Under the pieces are notes generated by a model. It had not been told where the DNA came from, ran no database searches, and saw only the letters and a list, made by a program, of their open reading frames with translations. Positions 52,212 through 64,000 of a DNA stretch of 64,000 nucleotides are shown here, in pieces. Origin of the DNA: Amoebidium appalachense (Eukaryota; Protista; Ichthyosporea); the NCBI GenBank assembly GCA_963693365.1, contig CAVNZM010000014.1, positions 4,836,001 through 4,900,000 on the forward strand, read 5' to 3'. Numbering within the stretch: the first letter of the stretch is position 1; each line of letters starts with the position of its first letter. The position numbers were made by a program, and so were the translations under genes.

Positions 52212-53684
52212 GAAGGGAGGAGGAAGGAGGGGGGGGGGGGGGGGGGGGGGGGGTGCCTGTATGCGTGTGTGGGTGGGCGGGTGTGGGTGTGCATATTTGT
52301 GCGTGTGCGCGCATGTGCGTTGGAGCGGTCGGGAGGAATAGGTGGTAGGTGTAGATGGTTGGGTATGTGGGTTGGTGGTTGATATGTTTCACTTGTGTAT
52401 TTGGGCTGGGCATGTGGGGGTTTTTTTCTTTTCTTCGTAGGCTAGTAATCCTGTGTTTGTTTTTCAACACCTTGTGTGTTTGATAGTTTATATTTTCTCT
52501 TTAGATCTAATATTTGTTCTACCTTTTGCAGAAGCAAGTATGTACGCATTTCACTAGTATTTCCAAATACCAGAGCTAACACCTGTGCCTGTAATTCTCT
52601 TTTTAGGCAACGAGTGGTGCATCTACCCCACGTACGACTTCACGCACTGCCTGTGTGACTCGATCGAGAACATCTCCCACTCCCTGTGCACCGTCGAGTT
52701 CAAGCAGAGCCGTGAATCGTACTACTGGTACGTGTGTGTGTGTGTGTGTGTGTGTTTTTTTGGGGGGGGGGGGGGGGGGGGGGGGAGTGTGTGTGTGTGT
52801 TCCTGTGTTGGGGGAGGGGGAGTGTGTGTGTGTGTGTTGGGGGAGGGGGAGTGCGTGTGTGTTTTTGGGGAAGTGGTTGATGAGTTTTTATTGTGCACCA
52901 AGGGGGGGGGGGGGGGGGGGGGGGGGGGGTTGGTTGGTTGGTTTGTGTGTATGATTGTAGATGTGGGGTATTGGCTGTGTGTATTTTGTGTTATCAAATT
53001 CTTGCAACCGGGGTGAAAATAGCCGCTACAATCGATCCCAAGCATGTCCCTTGAAGCAAGTATCGCTTTCTATCCGGACATATTCCGATGTTTATGCCCA
53101 CTCTACCCTTAATACAATTTAATCCCAGTTTATCGTTGTATTGTATCTGATTGGATGATATTTTTAACACTTTTTTTTTTTTAAAACAAAACTTGTAGGC
53201 TGTGCAATGCGCTGGACGTGTACTGCCCCGTGCAGTGGGAGTATGCCCGCCTGAATCTTACAAACACCGTGCTGTCCAAGCGTAAGATCCTCAAGCTTAT
53301 CGGTATGAACCCCTCCCCCCCCCCCCCCCCCCCTCCCCTCTCACACACGCACACACACACATACACACCACCCCACCCCATTCCCTTTGTATATGGGCTC
53401 TGCTTTATGATGCATAGTCCGTTACGTGTGTTTTGCAATCTGCATGGTGATGAGTCCGTCGTGAATTTTCCGCATCGAACAACGAAACGCCAGATTTAGG
53501 CCTCATATGGCAGTTATGTAGTTGATCACATTCATTTATAATATAACTTTAATTTTAAAATTTAATCTCCAGCCGAGGGTGTTGTGCGTGACTGGGATGA
53601 TCCGCGTCTGCACACCCTTCCGGCTCTGCGCCGCCGTGGCTTCACCCCGGAGGCTATCAACGCCTTCTGTGAAAAAGTATTAGC

Positions 53685-53755
<71 letters not shown>

Positions 53756-54518
53756 ACCACACACACACAGAGAGACAGGGTCACCTCCTCCTACTTCCAC
53801 TATGCCCAGCAAACTCTAATTGGACTTATCCCCACCCCTATCTCTGTGTGTGGCCTTTTCCCTCCCTTCACACTGTTTCATCCATCCTTACTTTTTGCTG
53901 GTTAGTCCTACTTTCCTTGTTTTCTGTTTGTATTGCTACTAGCCCCTCGTGTTGCCCTCCCCTAGTTTGTTTTTTTTGCTGATTCGTTCAATCCCCCCCC
54001 CCCCCCCCCCCCCTATTGTCGCGTTGCACGAGGTGTCCGCATACACCCATATGCGTGTTCTCACATACACCGATTCGTACGTAGCACCCGTGCGCACACA
54101 CACACACACACGAACACACCTGTACACATACACATGCATATATGTACCCGCTTGCACGTGCATATACGTTTACAGACACACACGCACGCACATGCACATG
54201 CACGCACGCACGTAACTACGCGGACACACACACACCTACCCGTGCGCACATACATACTTACACATCTACGCACACACACAAGCATGTACACGTACACGTA
54301 CACGTAACATACACGTACACACACACACACACACACCCTTACAGGTGGGGATCACCACGTCCCTGACTGTGATCGACAGTGCGATGCTGGAGTCGTGTCT
54401 GAGAGATGATCTCAATCTTAAGGCCATCAGAGTCATGGCTGTTCTCGAACCCCTGAAGGCATGTGTTACCCCCCCTTTCCCCCCCCCCCCTCCCCCTCCC
54501 CCCTTCAACCTCCTTCCC

Positions 54519-54563
<45 letters not shown>

Positions 54564-54840
54564 ACCAAAAAAAAAAAAAAAAAAGAAGAAGAAGAAGAAG
54601 AAGAAGAAGAAAAAGAAAAAGAAAAAATAAGGAGTATTATTTGAGGGGGAGAGGGATTTGGTAGCATGGGGTGGCAGAAGAGAATTAAAAAAAAGAAAGA
54701 AAAAGAAAGAAAAGCACATAACGTAGTATGTCGAATGTAAAGAAGAGAGGAAGGGGGCGCGGGGGGGAGGGGGGAGGGGGAGAGAGAGAGAGAGAGATGC
54801 ACATGCACACCCACAACCACACAGATACACACACACACAC

Positions 54841-54887
<47 letters not shown>

Positions 54888-54918
54888 CACACAAATACAC
54901 ACACACACACATATATAC

Positions 54919-54958
<40 letters not shown>

Positions 54959-54997
54959 CCCCCCCCTCCCCCTCTCTCTCTCTCTCACATACACACA

Positions 54998-55074
<77 letters not shown>

Positions 55075-55159
55075 CCTCCCCCCCCCCCCCCCCCCCTCCC
55101 TCTCTCTCTCGCTTTCTCTCTCTCGCGCGCGCGCTCACGCTCACACACTATCACTCACA

Positions 55160-55226
<67 letters not shown>

Positions 55227-55361
55227 CTATCTAGCCTCTAACCCCCTCTGCCCACAGGTCACGCTAGTCAACTACCCAGCAGATAAGCGGGAGACAGTGG
55301 AGGTAGAGAATATTCCCTTTGACCCGTCAAAGGGCAAACACACCATCTCCTTCACAGGTTA

Positions 55362-55396
<35 letters not shown>

Positions 55397-55657
55397 CTAC
55401 TTCACACCCTTTTTCTCGGCCGTTTCATCTACTTCATCTATGCGTCCACCTTCTAGTCTTTACCCAAGACTTGTGATTTACCCTAAACCCGTCGGTGTTA
55501 ACTCCACCCTTTCTCCCCCCTCCCTCCCTTCCCCCCTCCCTCCCCCCCCATACACCACACACCCTTCTCCCCAGACCAGCCGGGTGCCCTTGTTTGTGTT
55601 CATGAAACTTAATTGATTAGTAGGTGGTTGGCTCGGTGGTTGGATCGGTGGATGTTG

Positions 55658-55729
<72 letters not shown>

Positions 55730-56956
55730 GTGCTTGCGTGCTGTGTATGTGTGCACATCCAAATGACACACGTGTTTACTGCACATCCTGGTGGTGTTCT
55801 GCTATGGTTCACTTGTCAGTGTGTGTGTGTGTGTGTGCCCGTGCTGACCAATACCCTATGCAGGCACGGTGTTTATTGAGCAGAGTGACTTCAGGGAGGT
55901 CATGGAGAAGGGCTACCGCAGACTGACACCGGACCAGCCCGTGGGCCTGAAGCACAGGGGGTAGGTGGCGGGTGTAAATGGGGGGTAACCCAACCACCGC
56001 ATCTCCCATTTTAGACAAAATCGAGGTTGATCCGATTGAGGATTCCAAAATGCCCTGGCGCCGCCTAAGAAATAATCGATTTTATCAAGCGATCGAGGGA
56101 GTGACGTCAATCTGGGCACACTTTTCCCCAGAATGACGTCACACCCTCGATCGCTTGATAAGTTCGATAATTTCTTAGGCGGCGCCAGGGCGATTTGGAA
56201 TCCGCGATCGGATCAACCCCATTTTTGTCTAAAATGGGAGATGTGGTGGTTGGTTTAGAGGGGGTTTTTTTTATATTTTCGGGTCGGGTCGAGTCAGAAG
56301 GGTTTCTAGCTATGTGATTGGCCTGCTGCGCATCAGAGCCGGGCCTGGTAACCGACTTTTTGTTTTTGGCAGCAAGGCACATCTGTGCCATGATACAACC
56401 CCCAAAAAAAAGAAACGCAAAAAAAAAAGAAAGAAAGAAAAAGAAAAGAACAACCAAGCGTTTGGAAGAAATTTGCAGCTCAAATTGATTTCTATGGCTT
56501 GACCCGGATGTGCTGGATGTGGTCAAATAATCGGCCTAAAGGGAACCCCTTTTACAATGATGCATACATGTGGGTGGGTGGGTAGGTTTTGGGTGCATAT
56601 ATCGCTGTCGGATTTAACAGTGATTGATGTGGGCACCTAGGAGGTAGGCAATTCATAAAGTGATCGACGTTTCCAGTAGGCGCAGTGTACATATTTGGAG
56701 TGTAGCTACTGCACACTGCACACACACTTCTAGTAGGCGCAGTGTACATATTTGGAGTGTAGCTACTGCACACTGCACACACACACACGAAGATGTGTAT
56801 GTGGTAGCCCTTCACCCTTTTACACAAGTAGATACCGTTTGTGATATTTGTGGTGGGTGAGGAAGGTGGGGGGTAAGGGTTGGGGCAAGAAAGTGGCTAT
56901 GTGTGCTGATACAAATTCCATCCCATTCTGCCCCACGTAAAAGTAGACATACACAC

Positions 56957-57015
<59 letters not shown>

Positions 57016-57775
57016 ACACGTGCACACGTACACACAGTGTTGTGATCAAGGTCCAGGAGGCAGTGCGTGACAGCACTGGCAAGGTGTGTGAGCTCAAGTG
57101 CACGTACGAAGAGTTGACGGCAGACAACAAGCCAAAGACATTCATCCACTGGGTGTCTGACCCCATTGCCGCTGAGGTCAGGTATGTCGTGTGTTTCAAA
57201 TGAACAACACGTGATCTACCCCCCTCCCCCCACTTTATGCATGGTTTTTGCATTCTGCATCGTGTTATCCATTGTTATTGTGTACTTCGTACTCTATGAC
57301 GCATTCAATCCCCCCCCCCCCCCCCCCCCCCCCGGCCCCCCCTCCCCCCTTTCCCCTTATGAACAACACCCTGTCTATCCCCCACTCTGGACCCCCCCCC
57401 CCCCCCCCTTCCCCCTTCTTCCCTTCAACAATTGCAGTTACGCAAGATAAACGGGAATTAAAATGGAGAAACACATGTGCATACACACACGTACGCACGC
57501 GCACACACAGACACAGATATACAACACACACACGCACGCACGCACACACGCATACACACGCACAGACATACAATACACACACGCACACACACACGCACAC
57601 ACACGCACACACACACGCACACACACACACAGTATTCACGCAACACTTAATCGTACAAAAGTAGGGCACACGCATGCAAAATCTCACACATGCACACACG
57701 CACACCCTTACTCTATCCCTCACACACACTCTCTTCCCCCCCCCCCACACACACACACACTCTCACACACTCCCT

Positions 57776-57866
<91 letters not shown>

Positions 57867-58494
57867 CACGTACACACGTACACACAGGTGGTACGACCCC
57901 CTGCTCAAGGATGACAGTGTGGACGATGAGGAGTCGGCCAAAGACTTCATGTCCCAAGTCAACAAGGAGTCTCTGAGGGTATGTGGGTGGTTTTGTTCTT
58001 TCTTTCTTTTTTTTTTTTTTTGTGGGGTGGGGGGGGGGGGGGGGGGGGGCTTAGGCATGCAGTGCAGTTGATGGATGTATTACTGTGTCGTGTATGCCTC
58101 AAACCCCTCCCCCCCCAAAAAAAAAAAAAAAAGGGGGGGGGGGGGGGGGGAGGAGGGAGAGATATGGAGAGAGAGACGAAAGAATCGAGCAAGCACACAG
58201 TACTGTACGCACCATTCCCCAACAAGGGTGCCCAACCTGTGTTTCTCTTTGACCATTCACGTCTTGCACACAAATACAACCGGCCAACCTTTGTTGCTTA
58301 CTATTTTGACCAATCACCAATCACCCCTATAACCAATCACCTTTCATTGTTCTGACCAACAACCAATCAGGTGATGGCCAATGCCTTGGTGGACCAGGGT
58401 GTGAAAGGCTGCAAGCCCCAGGACAAGTTCCAATTTGGTAATGCCCCCCCCCCGCCCCCCGTGTGCCACCGTGGAAACACACACATGCGCGCGT

Positions 58495-58535
<41 letters not shown>

Positions 58536-58655
58536 CACGCGCTTTGAATTTATTCTGTGTTGTTTTGGATTCGTTATCTCCTCCATCTTTGCCCGTGCCC
58601 GATAACTGTAGATTTTTGAGTTGCCTGCTGTGCAAATGATGTGTAGTTCCCTCCC

Positions 58656-58686
<31 letters not shown>

Positions 58687-58730
58687 AAAAAAGGGCGGGA
58701 AAAAAAAGCACACATACATACACACACACA

Positions 58731-58793
<63 letters not shown>

Positions 58794-58934
58794 CACACAC
58801 ACGCACACACTAACCCACCTACACCCACACCCACAGAGCGCCAGGGCTATTTCTGTGTTGACCCCGACAGCACACCCGAACGTCCCGTCTTCAACCTCAC
58901 CGTTACTCTCAAGGAGGACAACAAGAAGAATTGA
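39981..58934 (+). CDS. QARS1: Glutaminyl-tRNA synthetase, 786 aa, 22 exons: 39981-40103, 40875-41031, 41629-41780, 42838-42903, 45011-45124, 45947-45995, 46867-46973, 47803-47926, 48369-48438, 49172-49324, 49600-49693, 52053-52164, 52607-52727, 53199-53302, 53573-53676, 54345-54458, 55258-55357, 55864-55960, 57038-57181, 57888-57978, 58371-58437, 58837-58934
   Basis: The phase-consistent assembly is 2361 nt. Motifs include [19 protein letters not shown] (HIGH), [38 protein letters not shown] and FQFERQGYF, plus the eukaryotic N-terminal extension. Intron 16 is GC-AG. Confidence 0.97.
43561..43792 (+). repeat. Dispersed intronic repeat, variant A, with an upstream ~88-nt hairpin
   Basis: It is near-identical to 44221-44452. 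The core is also present at 48561-48712 and 60790-60922 (-). Confidence 0.92.
44221..44452 (+). repeat. Dispersed intronic repeat, variant A, with hairpin (second copy)
   Basis: Direct repeat of 43561-43792 with few substitutions. Confidence 0.92.
48010..48368 (+). repeat. ~48-bp minisatellite (about 7-8 units) filling most of GlnRS intron 8
   Basis: The unit is TGATTGGGCGGTACATATCTACTGTGTGCACGTATGTGATCCTTCTTC, and the last unit runs into the exon 9 acceptor. Confidence 0.95.
48561..48712 (+). repeat. Dispersed intronic repeat, variant A
   Basis: CTTGGGCCCTCCCTGAGGATGGGCTCTG...CCATGCTTCTCATCGTGTATG...GTACTTCGT matches the other copies. Confidence 0.92.
50070..51815. mobile_element. ~1.75-kb non-autonomous DNA-transposon-like element with ~45-bp TIRs, embedded in (TA)n in GlnRS intron 11
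   Basis: The left end AATGTGTATCCACGAGCCATATGCACCTCGGTTTTTCGCTAATAT matches the reverse complement of the right end ATATTAGTGAAAAACAGAGGTGCATATGGGTCGTAGATACACATT. Both flanks are TATATA. The interior lacks microsatellites and has no long ORF. Confidence 0.85.
55986..56257. mobile_element. Foldback/MITE-like ~270-bp near-complete inverted repeat in GlnRS intron 18
   Basis: Arms of about 120 bp (CAACCACCGCATCTCCCATTTTAGACAAAA...GTGACGTCA and TGACGTCAC...TTTTGTCTAAAATGGGAGATGTGGTGGTTG) enclose a short loop, with TA at both outer ends. Confidence 0.85.
56674..56782. repeat. Tandem duplication of about 57 bp
   Basis: AGTAGGCGCAGTGTACATATTTGGAGTGTAGCTACTGCACACTGCACACAC occurs twice. Confidence 0.9.
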
Positions 58935-60441
58935 GCACCCTGTGCACACAGTATACTGGGGAATGCGCCGGAATCCACTGGGATACCTTGGAATACCTTG
59001 GAATACATTCCAGAGGATAAAGAACACATGTGATGTGACGTGCACATGAACGTGTATTGGTGCAACACGATGCAGTACGGTAGTTGAATGCTGTCGAACT
59101 TGCTGGGTTGTAGGCCTTAATTTGTGTTGTTGCATTCCTGAAGGATATAAGCGGTATGTAATGGATGGTGCAATAAGTAGGCAACTAGAAAAGAGCAGAG
59201 TGCTGAAAGGGCGCTCTTAGGCGGGTGTCCGTTTGACTTTCTTTTGTTTGTTTTAGCTATAGGGTTTGGTGTGTTCAAGTGTAGTGCTGTTTTTAGCTTA
59301 TGAGTAAAGTACATGTCATTTTTTGTTGATTTTTAAAGTAGGCTGGGTGCCCAGTGTTACTTCGTTGACATGTTGACTCCTTTGGTAATAAACCGGTCTT
59401 CTATTACTCGATGTAATGGTAGCCATTTGACTGTCTCCCCGTGCATGATATTTGTGTGGGCTCATCTCTCCGGATATGCATCCGAGCAAGTTTCGGGCCA
59501 GCCAGCCAGACCAGAACTTTTTTAGGTCTATGGGAGGGAAGTATGGTACATGTATATAGACCAAGAGAGGTGTGTAGTTGTGTGATCATGGGTGTGGTGT
59601 ACGTATGTGTACGTATGCGTGCGTGTACATGTGCGTATTTTTCAACACACAAGCACTAATATTAGAATGTGTCGAACTAGTGCATATGCATCCAAATGGT
59701 TCTAATATAAGTTATGTGCACTTTCTTTCCACAATCGACTTGACTGATCCAACAAATCAGTTGGCAGGGATATGAAGAGAGAGGGGGGAAACATGGGTGC
59801 CAGCAATATGTTTGAAGGAAGAGGGGAGGGGGGGGGGGGGGGGGGGGGGGACTAAAGAGTTTTTGAGTTTGAAATTTGAGGGGGGGGAGGGGAGTAGTAA
59901 ACATATACCGGCATCCCGCCTTGTCACAGTGGTACCCCCCTCATCCCCTCAAGTTTTGGCTACAAAGGCATATCCCCTCCCCTCCCCCCCCCCCCCCCTC
60001 CCTCCTCCGCCCCCCCCTCCCCCCCCCCCCCAACAACAACAACAATGCACACACCGGTACCGTGACCCACACCACACACGCACACACACACACACACAAT
60101 GCGTGCGCACACACTTCCCACTCCTTCGTACTGGTGCTTTTCTTCTGCATGCATAATTTTGCTATGTTCTTTGCACTGCCCGGTTTGCGTTGTGTTGTCC
60201 GCCGCAAAGATGTACTACCATTATGCTTTACCACATTTTCTAACGACCCCCAGCCTCCCCCCTTTGCCCCCCCCTCTCAAATCTTTCCCCTTCCGCCCCC
60301 CTCCCCCTGAGTCACCCTGCTCATTTACACAAGTAATGCATGATGTACATGCTTACGTCCATGCACCCGGGCACACCATACACACAACGCGCGCACGCGC
60401 ACACACAGACACACACACACACGCACATGCACACACATACA

Positions 60442-60493
<52 letters not shown>

Positions 60494-60789
60494 CACCAAC
60501 TCTTTCTAAAATTTGAATTATTGGGGGCGGGGTTATCGTACTGACCGTGCAGTGCGCATCTGTGTGGCGGGGAATGCAGAGCTGAATGTATGTATGTGTG
60601 TGTGGTGTGGGTTTGTGTATCTGCATGTTCATGCATAATATGTCGGGTGCTCATCGTGGGTCAAAGTTTGTGCACCTCGTGTGTGGTGTGTGGTACATGC
60701 GTGTGCAGGTACATGTGCATTAAATACGTGTGAAAGTGTGTTCGTTTGTGCGCATGCGCGGTGGGGCGACTGGAGACGAGTGCGGGAAA

Positions 60790-60922
60790 GCGGAACACGG
60801 TACGAAGTACGCATACACGACGAGAAGCATGGTGCAGGACACATGCAAAGGCAAACATTCAAGTATGCAACATCAGCCATGCGCACAGTATGTGTCATAA
60901 ACAGAGCCCACCCTCAGGGAGG
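60790..60922 (-). repeat. Dispersed repeat, variant A, on the minus strand outside any gene I could call
   Basis: The reverse complement matches 43655-43785. Confidence 0.9.
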
Positions 60923-61153
60923 TCAGAGGGGATGAAGGTTTGGCCATGTATGTGAACCGCTGCTAAATTATAGTACTATTATATGATCATATGATCTCAT
61001 CGTAGTCACATGATGGCAGCCTATGAAGTGGGGGGGGGGCACCTACTCTGGTGGGTGGTGGGGCCTTCCCCCAAACCCCAAAGTTACCACTACCCCCCTC
61101 CCCGTTTCAAAATCAAGAATCTACAAGAGAGAGAGAGAGTGTGTGTGTGTGTG

Positions 61154-61260
<107 letters not shown>

Positions 61261-62382
61261 GGTGTGTAAATGTGTTTGGGTGTCCGTGTGTCTGATGGCA
61301 TGTGTCGGTGTGTGTGCGCGCACGCTTGCAAGTGTGCATGTGTGTGACGTGTGTGTGCGCACACGTGTGTGTTTCAACTAAGGCCGGATGCATTCTCAAT
61401 TTTAGTTATGTACATGTGTAGGTGGGACAGTGTGCATGTATTTGACGGTGGTGGTGGTGGTGGTGGCGGGTGGCTGTATGTGTGTGTGTGGCGGCAGGCG
61501 GGCATAGGTGTGTGTGTGTTGGTGTGTTTTGTGTGTTTGTGTGTGTGTGTGGGGGGGGGGGGGGGGGGGGGGGGGTTGGAGAAGAAGGGGGCAGTTGGAT
61601 ACTATGAGGAGGTACGTCGTAGTTGAAAAAGACACAATATACATCATGTCTGCCTATTGTAACGACCCCAAAGCGCCGGGGGAAGGGGGGGGGGGGGGGG
61701 GGGGGGGGGGAATACTCGAGACTCGAAAACCTACGAGGGGTTTTATTACTTTCATGTCATACTAATATTATTATTAGCACTCAAAAATGATCTTTGCGTG
61801 ACTGCAGGCGGTTTGGTCTAAAGGGACATCAAATTAAGCAGTCGGTGGGACTAGCCACGTCAACGGAATCTTAAAGTTTCGGCTAGTCGACATTCCCTGT
61901 GCCGAGGGTAAGGCAACCAACTACAACATGTTATCAGCTTATGTTTGATGTTTTAGCATTACGAGCTTCAAATAGAAAGACAGAGAGAAGTGATGGCGTG
62001 GGGTTCCGATGAATACATGTCCTAAACATTCGTAAATCAACAGCTTGAATCAATTTCGATTTCGTCACTACTGGCAACTTTGGGAGGGGCTCAGGAATGC
62101 TCCATCATGCATTTTTGCAACAATAAATCCAACACAGCTACAACAAGAAAGCGCCATCCTACCGCTGAGTTGGTAAGCCAAACAGGGACAGGTAGACACA
62201 GACACTTAACCCGTAAGCTCAACCGAAATGTCCGTAGACGTGGGTTATAACTTTCGGGTGCAGCTAAGTTCGAACGCAAGGAGGTTTTGTGTATTCAAAA
62301 CACACAGTGACTTCCCTGGAGAACGCAAGAAAATATGATTTTGCAGCAACCGAAGCACCTTCCCTATAGCGCAAGTGCTCCT

Positions 62383-62931
62383 TTAACTAACCGACTTCAG
62401 CGTACCTTGTGCAGAAAGTGTAGAAATCGTGTCTGCATCGTTTTCTTCATCTGACCCAGAATTCACACCTGTTCCTTCGCCCAACGTGCTATCCGACGAA
62501 TCTGGGTTAAGGGGTGAAACACCGTGTCTCCCGATGCGTGGCTCTGGTGCCGAAAGCCGTCTGTCTGTTTGTGGGCTGCTTGAAGTGCCCGACTTAATCA
62601 CGGGGAAGCTGTGCCGCTTAGGCTCACTAGTCAAGAACTCTGGGTCGTAGCAGTTGGAATCCCCATACATGTTCCCGTCAGGGAAAAGCTCTCTATTTAG
62701 CTCCTCGAGTTGTTTTATCGCCTTTTTGGACAAATCACGCTTGCCCCAAGCCTTCCTGTTGCCATCTTTCTTACACAACGTTGTTCCCACTGTCATCTGG
62801 TTGGAAAACGATACTCTTCGTTCTTGTCCCTGAGGGAGAGCTTCGATGGCTACAGCTACAGTTGGTCTTCGAAGGCAGGGGGGAAGAGGCGACTTTTGTG
62901 GCACCAGTGGTGCAGTGGTGGTGGTGGTCAT
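62383..62931 (-). CDS. Intronless 182-aa protein with an RVxF PP1-docking motif (PHACTR/neurabin-like PP1-binding string) and a disordered Ser/acidic tail
   Basis: The ORF is clean and ATG-initiated in repeat-free sequence. It contains RRVSFSNQMTV...NRKAW...KAIKQLEELN. Confidence 0.68.
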   Translation of the reverse strand: MTTTTTAPLVPQKSPLPPCLRRPTVAVAIEALPQGQERRVSFSNQMTVGTTLCKKDGNRKAWGKRDLSKKAIKQLEELNRELFPDGNMYGDSNCYDPEFLTSEPKRHSFPVIKSGTSSSPQTDRRLSAPEPRIGRHGVSPLNPDSSDSTLGEGTGVNSGSDEENDADTISTLSAQGTLKSVS

Positions 62932-64000
62932 TGTGGCTGCCAGCTTGCCGTTCTTGGCCTAAGGCCCAACATTAAGGTTACAATGTTTTTTTTATATCTA
63001 AGTAATATGGGTGAGGCAAGCAAGAATAGACGAAAACAGCGAAGAATAAGTGGGGCCTGAGTTGACGCCCGACTGAGGTTGGGAAATGAAGGCTGGAACT
63101 CAAAACCTACGCTAACACAGACCTTAGCTGCCGAAAGAAAATCAATATTCTTTCAAAGCTTCCAGAGGCTGTTTTCGAGAGTGAAAACGACGGATAAAAG
63201 GTTCACTTCTACGTTGTTGTTACGGTCAGTCTGTTCTTGTACAAAACGGCCCCAAGACACCACCACCACAAAAAAAAGGCAACGCAAAGCTATTATCACC
63301 CATATGTGGGGTTTCTTCAATAAATATATGATTCCACGATCCTATAACCATAGCTCTTTTCGGTCCTTTCTTCTGTTTCTTTCAGCAGGGGAAAGGGAAC
63401 AGGAGAGAGAGAGCAAATGAAAGCTTCGGCAAGGCAAAGCCGCGATCCTCTGTTTCACAGCCGAGTGACTGTGTAATCTCAGCCAATAATATCGCCCCAG
63501 TAGATGCATAGTTAGATTATTCCGTGATCTATTTTCTATTTACATTATTAAGGAGTTAAAACATGTTTAACAAAACAACAAGATATAATGATTGGTGTGA
63601 GTGACCTTTTTAAAAAATTAGAAGGAAGAATCGGTTTTTCCGTTTGATAATTGCCTTTTAGCGCTAGCTTGGATTGTCCAATCAGCGAAAAGAAGGCTTT
63701 GAGAGACGCAAATTGCTGTCTGTGCTTTTAGCAGCTGGCCCAACTGGGTGTGTGCTCTGTAGACAAAGACCAAAACGTAGAAGTAAGTTACATTGCGGTG
63801 ATGAAGGAAGACAAGAATTGTGTGAAAACCCATTTACCAGAACTGAATGTTATACTGACTAAGAGCATCTAATGGTTAACCATTATATGCTTGATATATC
63901 TTCCTTCGAAGCTGATACAGCAATGTTTCCCGCTTGCAAATTTTCGCCCCCACTCCAGCCTTGTAGATCCGGATCTAACCCCGGCACAACGCTGTTTCCG

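Overview
This is eukaryotic genomic DNA, probably from a unicellular holozoan such as an ichthyosporean. That is inferred from the animal-type GlnRS signature [16 protein letters not shown] and is not proven. The sequence is saturated with poly-C/poly-G runs and (CA)n/(GT)n/(GA)n microsatellites, which generate most of the listed ORFs as artefacts. Splicing by hand gives five multi-exon genes: the 3' end of a tandem C1-domain protein, a TMEM64/VTT-DedA membrane protein (268 aa), a secreted PAI-like FAD-dependent fatty-acid isomerase/oxidoreductase (609 aa, minus strand), a Tex30/KANSL3-like alpha/beta hydrolase (about 263 aa, two apparent homopolymer frameshifts) and a 22-exon glutaminyl-tRNA synthetase (786 aa). 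There are also three intronless signalling-motif ORFs: a PDZ protein, a soluble protein ending in a tandem-NPxY integrin-beta-like tail, and a PHACTR-like PP1-docking protein. Mobile DNA includes a TIR element, MITE/foldback elements and degenerate LINE-like and copia-like relics. The most unusual signals concern intron architecture. (1) A dispersed repeat family lies sense to the host in every intronic copy seen and often ends in a branchpoint-like motif plus poly-C upstream of acceptors. (2) Exon boundaries are echoed inside adjacent introns, in one case with only synonymous changes. (3) Many acceptors are formed directly by (CA)n tracts rather than U-rich tracts.
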